Positions 30,530 to 43,162 are shown, numbered from the stretch's first letter. The stretch is 64,000 nucleotides of DNA from Selaginella moellendorffii (GCF_000143415.4 NW_003314314.1:873771-937770), one strand, 5' to 3'. The notes: generated by a model from the sequence alone, not told the origin. Made by a program: numbers and translations.

Positions 30530-30899
30530 AGGGCCACTCTCAACAAACTCGTCCACGCTTCGGCAGCCTCGCAGCATATCAATACTACGTCGCTGCGGGG
30601 GCAGCGATCGATTGTCATAGTCCGAGTCCGACCCCAAGCGCGTCTGGAGCACTACCATCGTCATCGGTAAGTTCCACAAGCTCTTTCTCGTTCAGTTCCT
30701 GCTCGTACCGCTGCTCCTCATCTCGGCTCCCGGAATTGTCCTGAGCACCACCACCACCGCTGGAAAGCACATCGGTGTCAATCGGCTGTGCTTCGTCCTC
30801 TCCAGCAGCAGCCACCTCGGAGAATCTAGACAAGGGCGGCGCCGCATCAGATTTCCTGCCGTCGTCAAGGTCCCAAACAATGGGAGAGTACTTCCCCAT
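30530..30899 (-). pseudogene. CDKG (CDK11-like) 5' fragment
   Basis: KYSPIVWD and IDMLRGCRSVDEF, recalled from plant CDKG N-terminal regions. Truncated before the kinase domain. Confidence 0.75.
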
Positions 30900-32186
30900 C
30901 GTCGCCCTCTACGTCCCTGTAATCCGTGGCAATGTAGGCCCTGAGTCCATTAGCTCGCTCGGGCTCGGTCCACTCACGAGCCCTAAACCACAGAGAAGTA
31001 AAATATTTACCCTTTGTTGGTCTAATCATTATTGCATTTTATGTTTCTCGATTCTTTATGAGGAAAGATCGATTTGAAGGTACTTAAAACGTTTTCTTCC
31101 ATCGCTAAACCCTAGAAACCTCAAGCAATATAAAAAAAAGCCCTTTAATGGATATGGTCTAAAGAATTCCAGAAAGATCTTTTCGTTTCTTAGTACCACA
31201 CTTGATGATTTCACGTGAAACGAATATACTCGCTTTTCTTTGCTTCTTTGTTTTGCGTATCCCCGTTCTTCGTCGCGGATGTTCTATACCGAAAAAAAAG
31301 CAAGAAAACCACAAGAGAATCAACTCAATAACATTGACGTGTTACAAGCCAGCACTTCCAAGAAATGTACCTCCCACGTCGCTGCCATGAAAGCCAGTCC
31401 CCCGTCCCACAGAAGAACTCTAAACAAATCCCTCCACCAAAAAGCTGTCTAGCCCGCTGTGGATGAGCTCGAAACCATCCAAACAAAGCGACCGTGCCTG
31501 AATCCGGTGCCGCTGCACGTTTTCGCGCACGGTGCTGGGGCTCCATCCTCATCCGGCTGCATGATCAAGTTTGTCTCTCCGAATCTTGGTTTAATCCTCT
31601 TTTCTTTTCTTTTTTTATTTCTTCCGGCAAGATGGAAGAGCCTGTTGGCAACGGCGACCCAACGCCGTGGATGTGATATCCCTGTGGGTCTTCTTTCTTG
31701 GAAGATCTTGTGAGCTTTCTAGTTACATGTAATTATATAGGAAGCGCATTTTTTGGAACTAAAATCCATTCAAGATCGAGAATTTGAGAGCATGTAACTA
31801 AATCGTTGTTATTGTAAAATTCTAGACTCGGAGACGCTCCGAGTGAGAGAACGAGCTGCTGCTTGGCATTCTTCTCCTCGCAAGCTACCTGGCCTGTGCT
31901 CAAGCATCGGACGACATACGAAACTCGTAGCTTGTCTAACGCTACAAAAACAATTACCTTTAAAGCAAAATTTTAAAAAAAAACATTTGGCATGATTGAT
32001 GCCACTTTGTACGACGTGCACCGTAGGGTTGCGTTGCTATCAGAGTTGGCATCTGATTTCATGTTTAAAGTCAAGCAGCATGCCAAGCCACTGACTCATC
32101 TTTGCTAACCACTTCCAAATTGTCATTTGGATGTTGATTCATCAACGACATTTGTTGTAATTTCTGAGGGTATTCCATTGGAAGTT

Positions 32187-35100
32187 ATGGGGGAGCCAAA
32201 GCAGGCCCGGATAGATGACTACAAGGATTTGAGAAGCATTTTCTCTGAGATGTGGAGCCATGGGGTGTCGAGTGTGAGGGAGCTGAAGGAACAGAGATAC
32301 AGAGCAGCAAAATTCAATTTAAGAGACTTCAAAGGGTTGCGCGAGCTGCTGCTGCAGGAGGACAACAGTCTAGAGCACGTAATCATGAGGGAGAAGGGCT
32401 ACCACAAAGTGGGGGGGTTTCTAGAAGCAGCTGTGTCCAAGCTGAGCAGCCTTGCCATTTATGGAGACAAATTTCGCGAGGGGGTGTTTCGCAGCTTGGA
32501 TGAAGCTATTGCTGCTGTCAAGCACAAGGGGATGCCAATCAAGCTCAAGACGCTTCTTCTATGTTACTGTGACGTAGATTTAGATGCTTTAGCAGGATCA
32601 ACACTTCCAAAGTATTTAGAACGTCTGGAGCTTTATAATTGCCATTGCTCGCCCAACCTGGAGAAGCTGCTGCAAGATCCAGCCTGCAAGATCTGGGAGC
32701 TGTCCCTGGATAAGAATGAATACTTGACCCCTGCCCTCTTCCAGCCTCGAACAAGTCTACAGAAGCTTACGCTGGTCGACATCCCAAATGATCAGGCGCT
32801 ACTCAGCCAAATCTGTGGATCAATAGAGGGCCTTGGAATTTCAAATGAGCCCAACCCTGCGCAGATCTCCCTGCTGGAAGATTGCATAAACAACAATGCC
32901 AAGTCCAAGCTCTGGTTCCTGGAGTTCACATCATTCCATTTCTCTTTATCTATCGTGCAGCTCGTGGGCCAGCTGCTGAAGAGCCCATATTGCAAGCTTG
33001 AAAGTCTCTCCTTGTTACCTGGGGTGAGTTGTTGTTTCAACATTGATATTGACACCGATTTTCTTAAGCAGAAGGAAAGCCTCTCCTCACCTAGTCATCA
33101 AGATGCGATTCTCAGCAATTTGGAGGCCAACTACAGCAGCCGGATCCAGAGACTGCGCATTGGCGGGGAATGGGCTTCCATACTGTTGGAGGACAGATGG
33201 TTGAAGGTGAAGTACCGGAATGCTCTATTTCAGAAGAGCCCCGTTCTTGCACAAAGCGCTCTAGAAAACCCTCCAGTCACACCATCAACTGCCAAGCTGT
33301 TCATGTGCGGCCACACTGCCTCGGGCAAGACCACCATCTCCACCAATCTGGTCCGCCCCTATGCAGCCCTCTGGCAGTGTGTGAAGCCGCCATGTCAGGA
33401 TCATGCATCAACAGTGGGAATTGAGAGGAGGACTCTCAGATTTGGAGAGAGGAAGAAACTCCTGATTTACGATCTGGGAGGCCAGGAGGTCTACCACGCT
33501 TTTCATCACTATTTCCTCAGGGGCAGCGACAAAGATCTCTTCATGGTGGTGTGCAAGGTTGGAGGTCGTGGAGGTAAGATGAAAACAGAGCTCCAATACT
33601 GGCTTCGCTTCATAGCGGCCCACCAAACTGCAGCACCAGCTAGGAAACCCACCATTTTCTTAGTACTCAACATCTTTGTTCGTCATGACCGTTTCTTGGT
33701 AGAAGCTCGAGCAGCTGCGACGTCACTGTTACTCAAGTATAAGGACAGGCTAGACTTTGTTCAGGGCCAACGTGGTGATCACTATTTCGAGTTAAATGGG
33801 TTGAATGCTCGTCAGGTACAGGAGGAACTGAAGCCCAGGCTGGCGATAGCAGTGGGCGAAATGATAAATGAGGTTCCCGTGATTCCCTGGACTTGTGATG
33901 AGGTTATCAGAGGGCGGGCTTCATCCTCACCATGGTATCATATCCACACACGGGCACAAACAATTGTCCAGCAGAGGGTGGTCGACCTACATGAGATGTC
34001 GAAGGCTTGGTTCCAGGGGGAGAAAGAAGATGAGGCACTTGCTGCACAATACACATTCATCTGCCTACATGACATGGGAGAAGCTGTCTACTTTGGGGCA
34101 GATGACACATATCAAAACACGGATCCAAACGACAAGGAAGCTGCATTGATTGTCAACAATGCTGTTCTAGACATGCCATGGTTTCTCCATACAGTGTTAG
34201 GAATTTTCATTCCTAAGCAAGACAGAAACGATACGATGAAGTGGGGGGAACCCAAGTGGTCTACTGAGGAAGCAGTAGAAGCTCTCAGAACACATGGAGA
34301 GACTTCAGAGGGCAACATCTATTTCTTGCTCAAGCTGCTCTGTGAGATGGGGGTTTTGATTCCTGATGGCATGAGGAGCTGGGACATAAGGTGGTCAGAG
34401 CCACGAAATCGGCCAGAACACCTCATTGTGCCTGCATTATTGCGTGATGAGTTCACTGGGTGGATTGAAAGGGAGCAAACATATGATTGTTGGGGTCGGA
34501 GATTGCAAGCAGACGACACTATCAAGGGCTTCGTTCTTCTCCCATCAGGTAATTATGCTCTTGACTGCTGGGATTGAGATTAAACATTGATGTCTGTATG
34601 TTTGTTGGTTGCAAGCAGGAGTTTTTGCAGTTATTCAAGCCAAGGTGAAGGAGATGTGTGACAGATGGGGCCATGGAAGTAAGCTTGGTGCTGGTTGGGT
34701 TTCCTTCCAAGAGGATCTCATTCAAGTTCTGGTGACTATTGGTGGGGATTATAAGCATTGGACAGATCGGCAATGGGTGGATATTATGTTGATGGTGCCC
34801 AAGGAGGAAAAGAGGGGACTCAAAGGGGAGCAGTTCATGAATGAGATACGGATTGTGTAGTCAAGGAAACTAACAGGGCCTGTCCTTTCATCAAGCTTGA
34901 AGAGCATGTTCTGAATCCAGGGAAGGTAAGACAATTTGGAAAAGCATCAGGACAACAGAGGTCATGCGATGAAAACAACAAGAGCTCTTGGGCATTGCAA
35001 GAGGTTAAACAGATGGTAGCTAGGGAGGGCTTTGATTATCACTTTACCTGGGGTTTTGGTGACTCCACAAGTGCCTTGGAACTCTTAATGCCAAGTGAAG

Positions 35101-35934
35101 TCAACGAGATCATTCAGCCACATAAGCGTTCTGTTGAAGAGGTTGTCACAGAATACAACCAGCACATAGTGCCAGTGTATCAAAGCCAGCAGCAACAGCT
35201 TGTGCAGGTCGAGATCCCAAAGTTTGAAAGTGATGACATGAGTAACCTTGCCAACTTTTGCTATCAATTACACAAGCATCAAATGCAGGGGATGCAGATA
35301 TATATGGAGGACTTTAAGGTCTCCATAACAGATATCAAAAAATCTTTACAGAAGCTTCAAAAGGGCCTGAAGGACACAGAAAACGTATTGATCAAGAGCT
35401 GCTCATCACTGTTGGAATCCATTAAGCTGGAGTGTCCAAAACTCCCACACCTTACAATGGAGTCAAATCTGTCGCTAAAATATTCAACTGATTGGGAAAC
35501 GAGCAAATATTAGCTACTTATGTGAGCATCCAAGCGGCTGTCACCCAGTTGATTTGAAGAAGTACCCAGGAGTACCAATCACTATCCCAAATCAATGGTT
35601 CAAAAAGTATAGCAACATCTTCGTCCCAGCCATCACAATGTGTTTCACCCTTGCAAAGCTTGGTAAAGTGGCATTGCCTGAGGGAGGGGAGCTGGTCAGC
35701 ACCTTGATTGAGCTTAGTGCAAATGGCTTGAAGGCTACAATCGACTCTTGCTTTGAAGGTGATCTCAATAACAGGTTGCAACCTGCATCAGAAGATGACA
35801 TTGTGGAGTTGTTTGAGTATGTGAAAAAGAATTCACCTGAACGATATGGTGAGGACCGAATCTTGATGATGAAGAAGTGCTTTGGACTCATCAAAAGTCC
35901 AAGTGGCTGGGTTTGTGAAGATCACTATTATTGA
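32187..35934 (+). pseudogene. LRR-Roc-COR (Roco, TORNADO1-related) gene with two apparent frameshifts (intron 34549-34618)
   Basis: LRR-like repeats, P-loop GHTASGKTT, switch I STVGIE, switch II YDLGGQEVYHAFHHYF, ELQYWLRFI, COR-like LHDMGEAVYF and IVPALL, C-terminal YLCEHPSGCHP and WVCEDH. Frame breaks near 34850 and 35480. Confidence 0.85.
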
Positions 35935-36309
35935 AGAAGAAGGGCACAGGCTTAGTAAAACTACTAAAATGAAGAAGCGGTGAAGTGAAGGAATTGAAAA
36001 AAAATAAAAGAAAGCAGCGGTTATCCACTTAATATATTGTATGTCGAAAGCTCATCTGCTGTCCAGGGAACTTAGAGATCAAACCTTAAGACCTCTCTCC
36101 ACACCATCGGACACTCCAAAGTTTCCACAAAGCAACGGTGCAACGCAGGAGTCCTACGATTCAGCCCCTGGGCACGCATGAGCGCACCATGTAAGTAAAA
36201 AATTCTCATTGAAAATTCTAGACTAGGGAAAGAGCTTTCTCAGTGTGCTGCTGTTTGGCCATTCTTCTCCTCCAGCCTCCTGGCCTGTGCTCCAGGATCA
36301 GACGAGGAT

Positions 36310-36587
36310 CCTTATGCGTACGGAGCTCCTCTTTGTCCAGAGGGGTGATCCAGGCCGGGAACATGTTCGTGTTGGGTCATGTTTCCTCGTGTCGTCCACT
36401 TCCAGCTCAACGTTGGGAAGGAGGAAGCTGTGGGGATCGCCACGTTTAACAGCCAGAATCCGGGGACTTCGAGGTTGCAAAGGCGGTCTTTGCTTCCAGG
36501 GCGGACGTGAGCGACGATGTAATTACCAAGGCGTTCCAAGTCTCGGATCCCGAGCTTGTGAGCGAGCCCAGGAAACTCATCAAGTAG
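36310..36587 (+). pseudogene. Germin-like protein fragment
   Basis: RTELLFVQRG, VIQAGNMFV, VVHFQLNVGKEEAVGIATFNSQNPG and AVFAS..VSDDVITKAFQV in shifting frames. Confidence 0.8.
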
Positions 36588-36689
36588 ACTTAAAGGAACT
36601 TTCCTTCTTAGGAGTGATCTTAGATATGATTGTCTGGAAACAAAAACATTCACAAACAGAAGTACCTGTGTTAAAACGCTCTCACCTAA

Positions 36690-37330
36690 GCAGCAAAGCT
36701 TGCTTCAGGATTGGAAGCTGGGCCGTGTTGCAAACAACGAATAAAATATGCAGAATCTTTCAAGGCTACCTTTGCTTTAGCACAGACGTAGAAGCCACGG
36801 CCAAGATTGGGACCAGCCTTCGTAACTGTTCTCACGACACAAGGCTCACCGTGTCCCTTGCACAATGGAAGATTTCGCTCTGCCCATGCACTGCGACCTC
36901 TGTGCAGCTCATCTTGTCAGAAGATTCATGCCTTTGATAGCAAAACCCTGTCAATCTGCTTTGTGACAGCCTCTGTAATTTCCTGCAGCCCGTTTCCTGT
37001 GTAAAAGCGGGCTTGGAAACATTTTGGCTTGTATCAGGCTCGGTGTTAGCTGTTGTTCTCTCGTTGAGCTTTCTGAAAATGGAAACTACACCAGTCAGCA
37101 CGAGGGGTTGTCAGAAACGTCCTTCGCTATAAGAAGTTACTCACTGATACTTTGCTGACGACCGCAAAGCTCAGGCATAAATAGAGCAGCCAGTTGTGGA
37201 GCTTCATGTGGTGGAATGGAAGGTAATGCTTAAGCTGCAGAATAGCAGGAGCGTGATCTGAACCATCCAGTTTCAAGCTTCTTCCACCACTCCATCTGCC
37301 ATGGAGAAACATCAACACTGGCAACAACTA
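36690..37330 (-). pseudogene. APE2 (AP endonuclease 2) 3' fragment with GRF zinc finger
   Basis: [51 protein letters not shown] and GPASNPEA. Confidence 0.8.
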
Positions 37331-37399
37331 GTCTGTCTTTTTGCGTACCTCGGAAGGGTGTCCAGCTTTGCACGCTTAAACTCGAGAAGAATGTCACAA

Positions 37400-37845
37400 C
37401 CACCACTTCCTTGACATCCACGATCAATGGATGGTGAAACGAGAGAAGAACGTTGATTTCCCGTAGAGAAGTCATGGGGAATCCTTCTCTCTCGTGGACC
37501 ATCTTCACTCTCTTGAGCGCCACAATCTCTCCACTCTGCAGCATATCAAGACTACGTAGCTGCGGGGGGTCCGACCCCGAGCGCGTCTGGAGCACTACCA
37601 TCGTCGTTGCTAAGTTCCACAAGCTCTTTCTCGTTCAGTTCCTGCTCGTACCGCTGCTCCTCATCTCGGCTCCCGGAATTGTCCTGAGCACCACCACCAC
37701 CACCGCTGCAAAGCACATCGGTGTCAATCGGCTGTGTTTCATCCTCTCCAGCAGCAGCCGCCTCGGAGAAGCTAGACAAGGGCGACGCCGCATCAGATTT
37801 CCTGCCGTCGTCAAGGTCCCAGACAATGGGAGAGTACTTCCCCAT
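37400..37845 (-). pseudogene. CDKG 5' fragment, internally deleted, joined to the APE2 fragment
   Basis: KYSPIVWD...[50 protein letters not shown]. The Gly-rich loop is missing. Confidence 0.85.
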
Positions 37846-39238
37846 CGTCGCCCTCTACGTCCCTGGAATCCGTGGCAATGTAGGCCCTGAGTCCATTAGC
37901 TCGCTCGGGCGGGAGCATGAGAGCTAGCGCATTTGGAGCTTACCGGCGAGCGCCATTCGCTCCACTCCAGAGCCACGAGCCCTAAAACACAGAGAAAACA
38001 TTATTTCTCGATTCTTTGGGAAAGAAAGTTCTCGTCTATCGACGACGAGGATTTGAAGGTACTTAAAACGTTTTCTTCCATCGGGTGAGCCATCACTAAA
38101 CCCTAGAAACCCTCTAAACCTCGAGCAATATAAAAAAAAGCCCTTTAATGGATATGGTCTAAAGAATTTCCAGAAAGATCTTTTCGTTTCTCCTACGGCA
38201 TAGTACCACACTCGATGATTTCACGTGAAACGAATATACTCTCTTTGCTTTGTTTTGCGTATCCCCGTTCTTCGTCGCGGATGTTCTAAACCGAAAAAAA
38301 AGAAAGAAAACCACGAGAGAATCAAGTCAATAACATTGACGTGTTCTCTTCCAGGAAATGTACCTCCCAAGTCGCTGCCATGAAAGCCAGTCCCCCGTAC
38401 CGCAAAAAAACTCTAAGCAAATCCCTCCACCAAAAAGCTGTCTAGCCCGCTGTGGATGAGCTCGAAACCATCCAAACAAAGCGACCGCGCCTGAATCCGG
38501 TGCCGCCGCACGGCGCTGGGGTTCCATCCTCATCCGACTGCATGATCAGGTTTGTCTCTCCGGATCTTGCTTTAATCCTCTTTTCTTTTCTTTTCTTTTT
38601 TCTTTCTTCTGGCAAGATGGAAGAACCTGTTGGCAACAGCGACCAACGCCGTGGATGTGATAACATTCGACTATCCCTGTGGGTCTTCTTTCTTATTATT
38701 TTTCTTCTTTCTTGGAAGATCTTGTTAGTTTTCTAGTTAAATGACATACTCTGTTTCCCCTAAATCATTTTATCCATGTAAATATATAGGAGGCGCATTT
38801 TTGCGGACTAAAATCCATTCAAGATCGAGAATTTGAGAGCATGTAATTAAATCGTTGTTATTGTAAAATTCTAGACTCGGAGACGCTCCGAGTGAGAGAA
38901 CGAGCTGCTGCTTGGCATTCTTACCTGGCCTGTGCTCAACCATCGGACGACATACGAAACTTGTACAGCTTGTCTAACGCGTGTGCTTTGCTAATTGCCT
39001 ACAAAAACAATTACCTTTACAAAGCAAAAGCAAAAGAAAAAGAAAAAGATTTGGCATGATTGATGCCACTTTGTACAACGTGCACCGTAGGTCAGAGTTG
39101 GCATCTGATTTCATGTTTAAAGCCAAGCAACATGCCAAGCCTCTGACTCATCTTTGCTAGCCACTTCCAAGTTGTCATTTGGATGTTGATTCATCAACGA
39201 CATTTGTTGTAATTTCTGAGGGTATTCCATTGGAAGTT

Positions 39239-40200
39239 ATGGGGGAGCCAAAGCAGGCCCGGATAGATGATTACGAGGATTTGCCAAGCATTCGCTTGGA
39301 GATGTGCAACCATGAGGTGTTGACTGTGGAGCTGAAGGAACAGAGATATAGAGCAGCAAAATTCGCTTCAGAAAACATCAAAGGCTTGCGCGAGCTGCTG
39401 CTGCAGGTGGACAACACTCTGGAGCACGTAATCCTGTGTAGCAATGGCTACCACAAAGTGGAGGGGTTTCTAGAAGCAGCTGTGTCCAAGCTAAGCAGCC
39501 TTGGCCTTTTCTGGAGAAAAATTTGGCGCGTGGCTGAGTCGCAGATTGGATCATGAAGTGATTCTCAGCTTGGATGATGCTATTGCTGCTGCCAAGCACA
39601 AGCGGATGCCAATCAAGCTCAAGACGCTTTTTCTATATCACTGTGACGTAGATTTAAATGCTTTAGCAGGATCAATCAACACTTCGAAAGTATTTAGAAC
39701 GTCTGGAGCTTTATAATTGCCCTTGCTCGCCCAACCTGGAGAAGCTGCTGCAAGATCCAGCCTGCAAGATCTGGGAGCTGTCCCTCACTAAGAATGAATA
39801 CTTGACCCCTGCCCTCTTCCAGCCTCGAACAAGTCTACGGAAGCTAACGCTGGACAACATCCCAAATGATCAGGCGCTACTCAGCCAAATCTGCGGATCA
39901 ATAGAAGGCCTTGGAGTTTAGCCATGAGGAGATCTCCCTGCTGGCAGATTGCATAAACAACAATGCCAAGTCCAAGCTCTGGTTCCTGACATTTGGATTT
40001 ATCTTTCGCGCAGCTCGTGGGCCAGCTGCTGAAGAGCCCATATTGCAAGCTTGAAAGTTTCTCCTTGTTACCTGGGGTAAAGGTGAGTGGTTTTTTCAAC
40101 ATGCTCGTCTTGATATTGACACTGATTTTCTTAAGCAGAATGAAAGCCTCTCCCCGCGTGAGTACCAGGAGTATCAAGATGCGATTCTCAGCAGTTTGAA
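39239..40200 (+). pseudogene. Truncated, frameshifted copy of the Roco LRR region
   Basis: Paralogous to 32187-33120 and ends before the Roc domain. Confidence 0.88.
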
Positions 40201-40220
40201 CAACAGAGACCTCATGATTA

Positions 40221-40400
40221 CTTGGTAGTTCGTTCTACTTCGAGGACTTTGGATTTGGAAAGCCGGTTGGAATGACGCTGGTTCGTCCTTCTGAGGATAG
40301 CAGGCTATACTATTTCCCAGGGAAGGAGGAAGGTGATGTGGTAGCATATGTTGGGCTCACAAGTCACGCGATGAGAAAGCTTAGTTTTCCACAGGTTTGA
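40221..40400 (+). pseudogene. BAHD 3' fragment, copy 4
   Basis: LGSSFYFEDFGFGKPVGMTLVRPSEDSRLYYFPG...SFPQV*. Confidence 0.9.
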
Positions 40401-40439
40401 AACAATATAAAGTTGTCTCTTTGCCCTTCACCGCGGGAC

Positions 40440-41186
40440 GTGGAAATCAAGGCGAGGATCTTCGAGACAGATGTTTCTGATGGTACCGTTATTGTTGACA
40501 TGCACGGGAAGCTCCAGATAATGGATCGGGCCACCGCGGCTTTTGGCTGGATCAAAGAGAGGAATGCTGTCTCCTTGACTGCTATGTTCCCAGAATTTGC
40601 CCGGAATGGGCATTACAGAGACGCTCTCGAGTTCCTCCATGGATTTGGAGGGAGTCAAGCCAAATGGCGTGACATTTATTGTCTTTCTGGAAGCCTGCGC
40701 CGGTCTCGGGGATAGAATCTGCCGTAAAATTCTTCACTCCCGAAACCGAGGGAATGGAGCTTGATTTCTTCGTCAGAAATGGTGGTCTCGGCTTATGCGC
40801 TGGAGGCTTATGCGGGCGACAGCACAGGGAGTCTTTTGGGAGCTCGATCTCGAAAAACACGAGCGCCTTCGAGACGTCCTCAAGTTTGGCCATGGCTAGA
40901 AGCCTCCACTCTCGGATCCTTGCCAGTGGAACGCGTGAGCGTGATCGTGGTCGTGACCACTTACAGAAACTCTCAGCCTCGCGAGATCCACGTTCAATGG
41001 CCTGTGCTGAAACACGATGATCTCCGCCTACGTGCAGCACGGCAACGCCAGGAAGGGCTCAAGCTCTTCAACGAGCTCAAGCAAGCCGGGGAGCGGCCAA
41101 ACAGCATCACTTTGAGCGGCTGCATGATCGATCTGCTGGGAGGAGCTGAGGGATTGGAGGAGGCTGAGAGAGAGGCTGCTCCATGA
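40440..41186 (+). pseudogene. PPR pseudogene fragment (unit D)
   Basis: Near-identical to 29138-29884. Confidence 0.75.
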
Positions 41187-41971
41187 AACGCAATGTCCTC
41201 TCCTGATCATGAACGTCGTCTCTGTGAACTTCAATCACCAAGTCCTGGATAAAACCAGGGCATGGCATTTCGTAGTTCGATATAAGCTGCGGCAAATCCC
41301 CGTCACTTGAGCAGGTGGTTGTGGAAACTCCCCTGGACAACGAGCAGAGCTGGAGATTTAGCTCCCGCCGATTTTTCATGCGGTGGAAGATTAGACTTTG
41401 TTCACAACTTCTCACTATCAACGCCATGGAAGGCTTCTCGTTTGCAAAGCAGGTGATTGGGTTGCCAAGGAGTGAGATTCCAGAGCTCCTCACGGCAAAG
41501 AGATGGAAGACCCCGTGTTCTTCGCGGTCAACTGCTGTGAAAGCTCTCCAACGCTGGAAACTATGACTCTTAGTACGCTTTCTCATGACATGAGGAGTTG
41601 CCACCTCATAGAACCACGTTGGCTAAAGTTGACGAAGGCAACGATATATCAGAGCCACATTGTCCACACGACACTTCCGCTATGTTTTGACACTCTCGAG
41701 ACTGTCATGTTCAGGACGGCCTCCAAGCTACCTCTATATGAGCCATGACTGTCCACACTATGCTTCCACTGTGTTTTGACATGGTATCGGCCTTGAGGGC
41801 GTTCCCTCTTGGATGCTGAGCGCTGCTATTGCACAACATCAGCACCTCCGCCTGTGTGCCCAGCGCCCAGCGTCAAGCACGCCTCTGGTACAGCGCTCTA
41901 GGCTCGCCTCTGTCCCATTGCCATAGATAGATCTTGTTTTAGTGCAGACAGGGTGTGACTGGCGGAGTCTT

Positions 41972-42193
41972 CTAGATCTTTTTGGGTATGTCCTTGAGAG
42001 CGTTCCTGGCTGAAAGATCCAGCTCTTTCTCCTCGCCACCGAGGCACCGGCGATAGCTTCGAAGGTAGTAAACGCAGCTGCGATTGCAAGAGCAGTCATC
42101 GTCACCGAAGCAGTAGTGCACACTCTCCTCTCGAGCTGCTGTTTGGACTGAGAAAATGAGGAAGATCGCCATCGAGATCTTCAACTTCGCCAT
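41972..42193 (-). CDS. Small secreted cysteine-rich peptide, copy 4
   Basis: MAKLKISMAIFLIFSVQTAA-REESVHYCFGDDDCSCNRSCVYYLRSYRRC, intact. Confidence 0.72.
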   Translation of the reverse strand: MAKLKISMAIFLIFSVQTAAREESVHYCFGDDDCSCNRSCVYYLRSYRRCLGGEEKELDLSARNALKDIPKKI

Positions 42194-42477
42194 TCCTGGT
42201 GGAAACCTTAAGCGAGAGCACGAAATTCTTGAAGTTCACACTTCCTGGTCCTTAGAAACTCTCGAATCGAAATGAAAGAACAAACACTCTTACTTTTGTG
42301 GTGTATCCACCACATCCAAGCACCGAGAACCTTTCACGTTTTCCAGCGATTCAATACTCTTCCAGCAGTGTAATCGTCTTCCAGCTCAAGCAGACACATG
42401 ACAGGTGCTGCAAGAAGACAAAAGAAAACGATGTGTCGCACTATAATCTTCTATGCTAGCTCCAAGTTCGTTCTGAG

Positions 42478-43132
42478 CATGGTTGGTCCCGAACGCGTTC
42501 GGCCGAAATCCCGACCGCCGCCGAACGCGGTCGGCCGAACGCGGTCGGACAGCTCCGTTCGGTATTCCGTTCGGCAAAAAAAAAAATTGTGATCGCGCTA
42601 GATTTCTGATGCTGCAGCGGCTATCGCCATCACCACTGCCTCTGCTTTCGATTGAGTGTGGAGCAGAGCAGCTCGCTGCCTCGCAAATCAAATTGCCCAG
42701 TCCGCAACGCTTGAAATTTTTGCCCTAAAATGGAAATTCCAGTGATTTCATAGATTTGATTCTAGAGATTCGTAGCAATTCTGGCACAATTGAGTTCAGA
42801 GATTATTCTAGAGATTTGTAGCAATTCTGGCACAATTGAGTGATGGCGCCTGATTGGGCATGGTCCCATGTTACCAAGCTCATTCCTTATGCTTCTGGCA
42901 AAGGAACTGGGCATTGGAAATGTAATTATTGTGATAAAATGTATGGTTTGGTTTAGTTTGGTTTAATGTTTTGGTTTTTCTACTTTTATTAATGTAGTTT
43001 TACTAAAAATGTTTTTTTTTTTATCAAAAAAATTTTGTGAACCGTTCAGCCGTTCGGCATTTTCATAGCCGGTCGATAACCACGGTCGGGCGGTCGGGCA
43101 GTCGGCGTTCGGAACGGTCGGGACCAACCATA
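42478..43132 (+). mobile_element. Non-autonomous hAT element (655 bp)
   Basis: 8-bp TSD GTTCTGAG (42470-42477 and 43133-43140), TIR (C/T)ATGGTTGGTCCCGA, CCGAAC/TCGG subterminal repeats, and a BED-finger remnant WAWSHV...WKCNYC near 42843-42945. The site is empty in other units. Confidence 0.92.
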
Positions 43133-43162
43133 GTTCTGAGTGCCTCCGATAAGTTTGCGATG

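Noticed and set aside
31459-31713. Short ORFs upstream of both Roco copies as possible first exons
   Set aside because: Indels differ between the copies and I found no convincing splice path to the main ORF.
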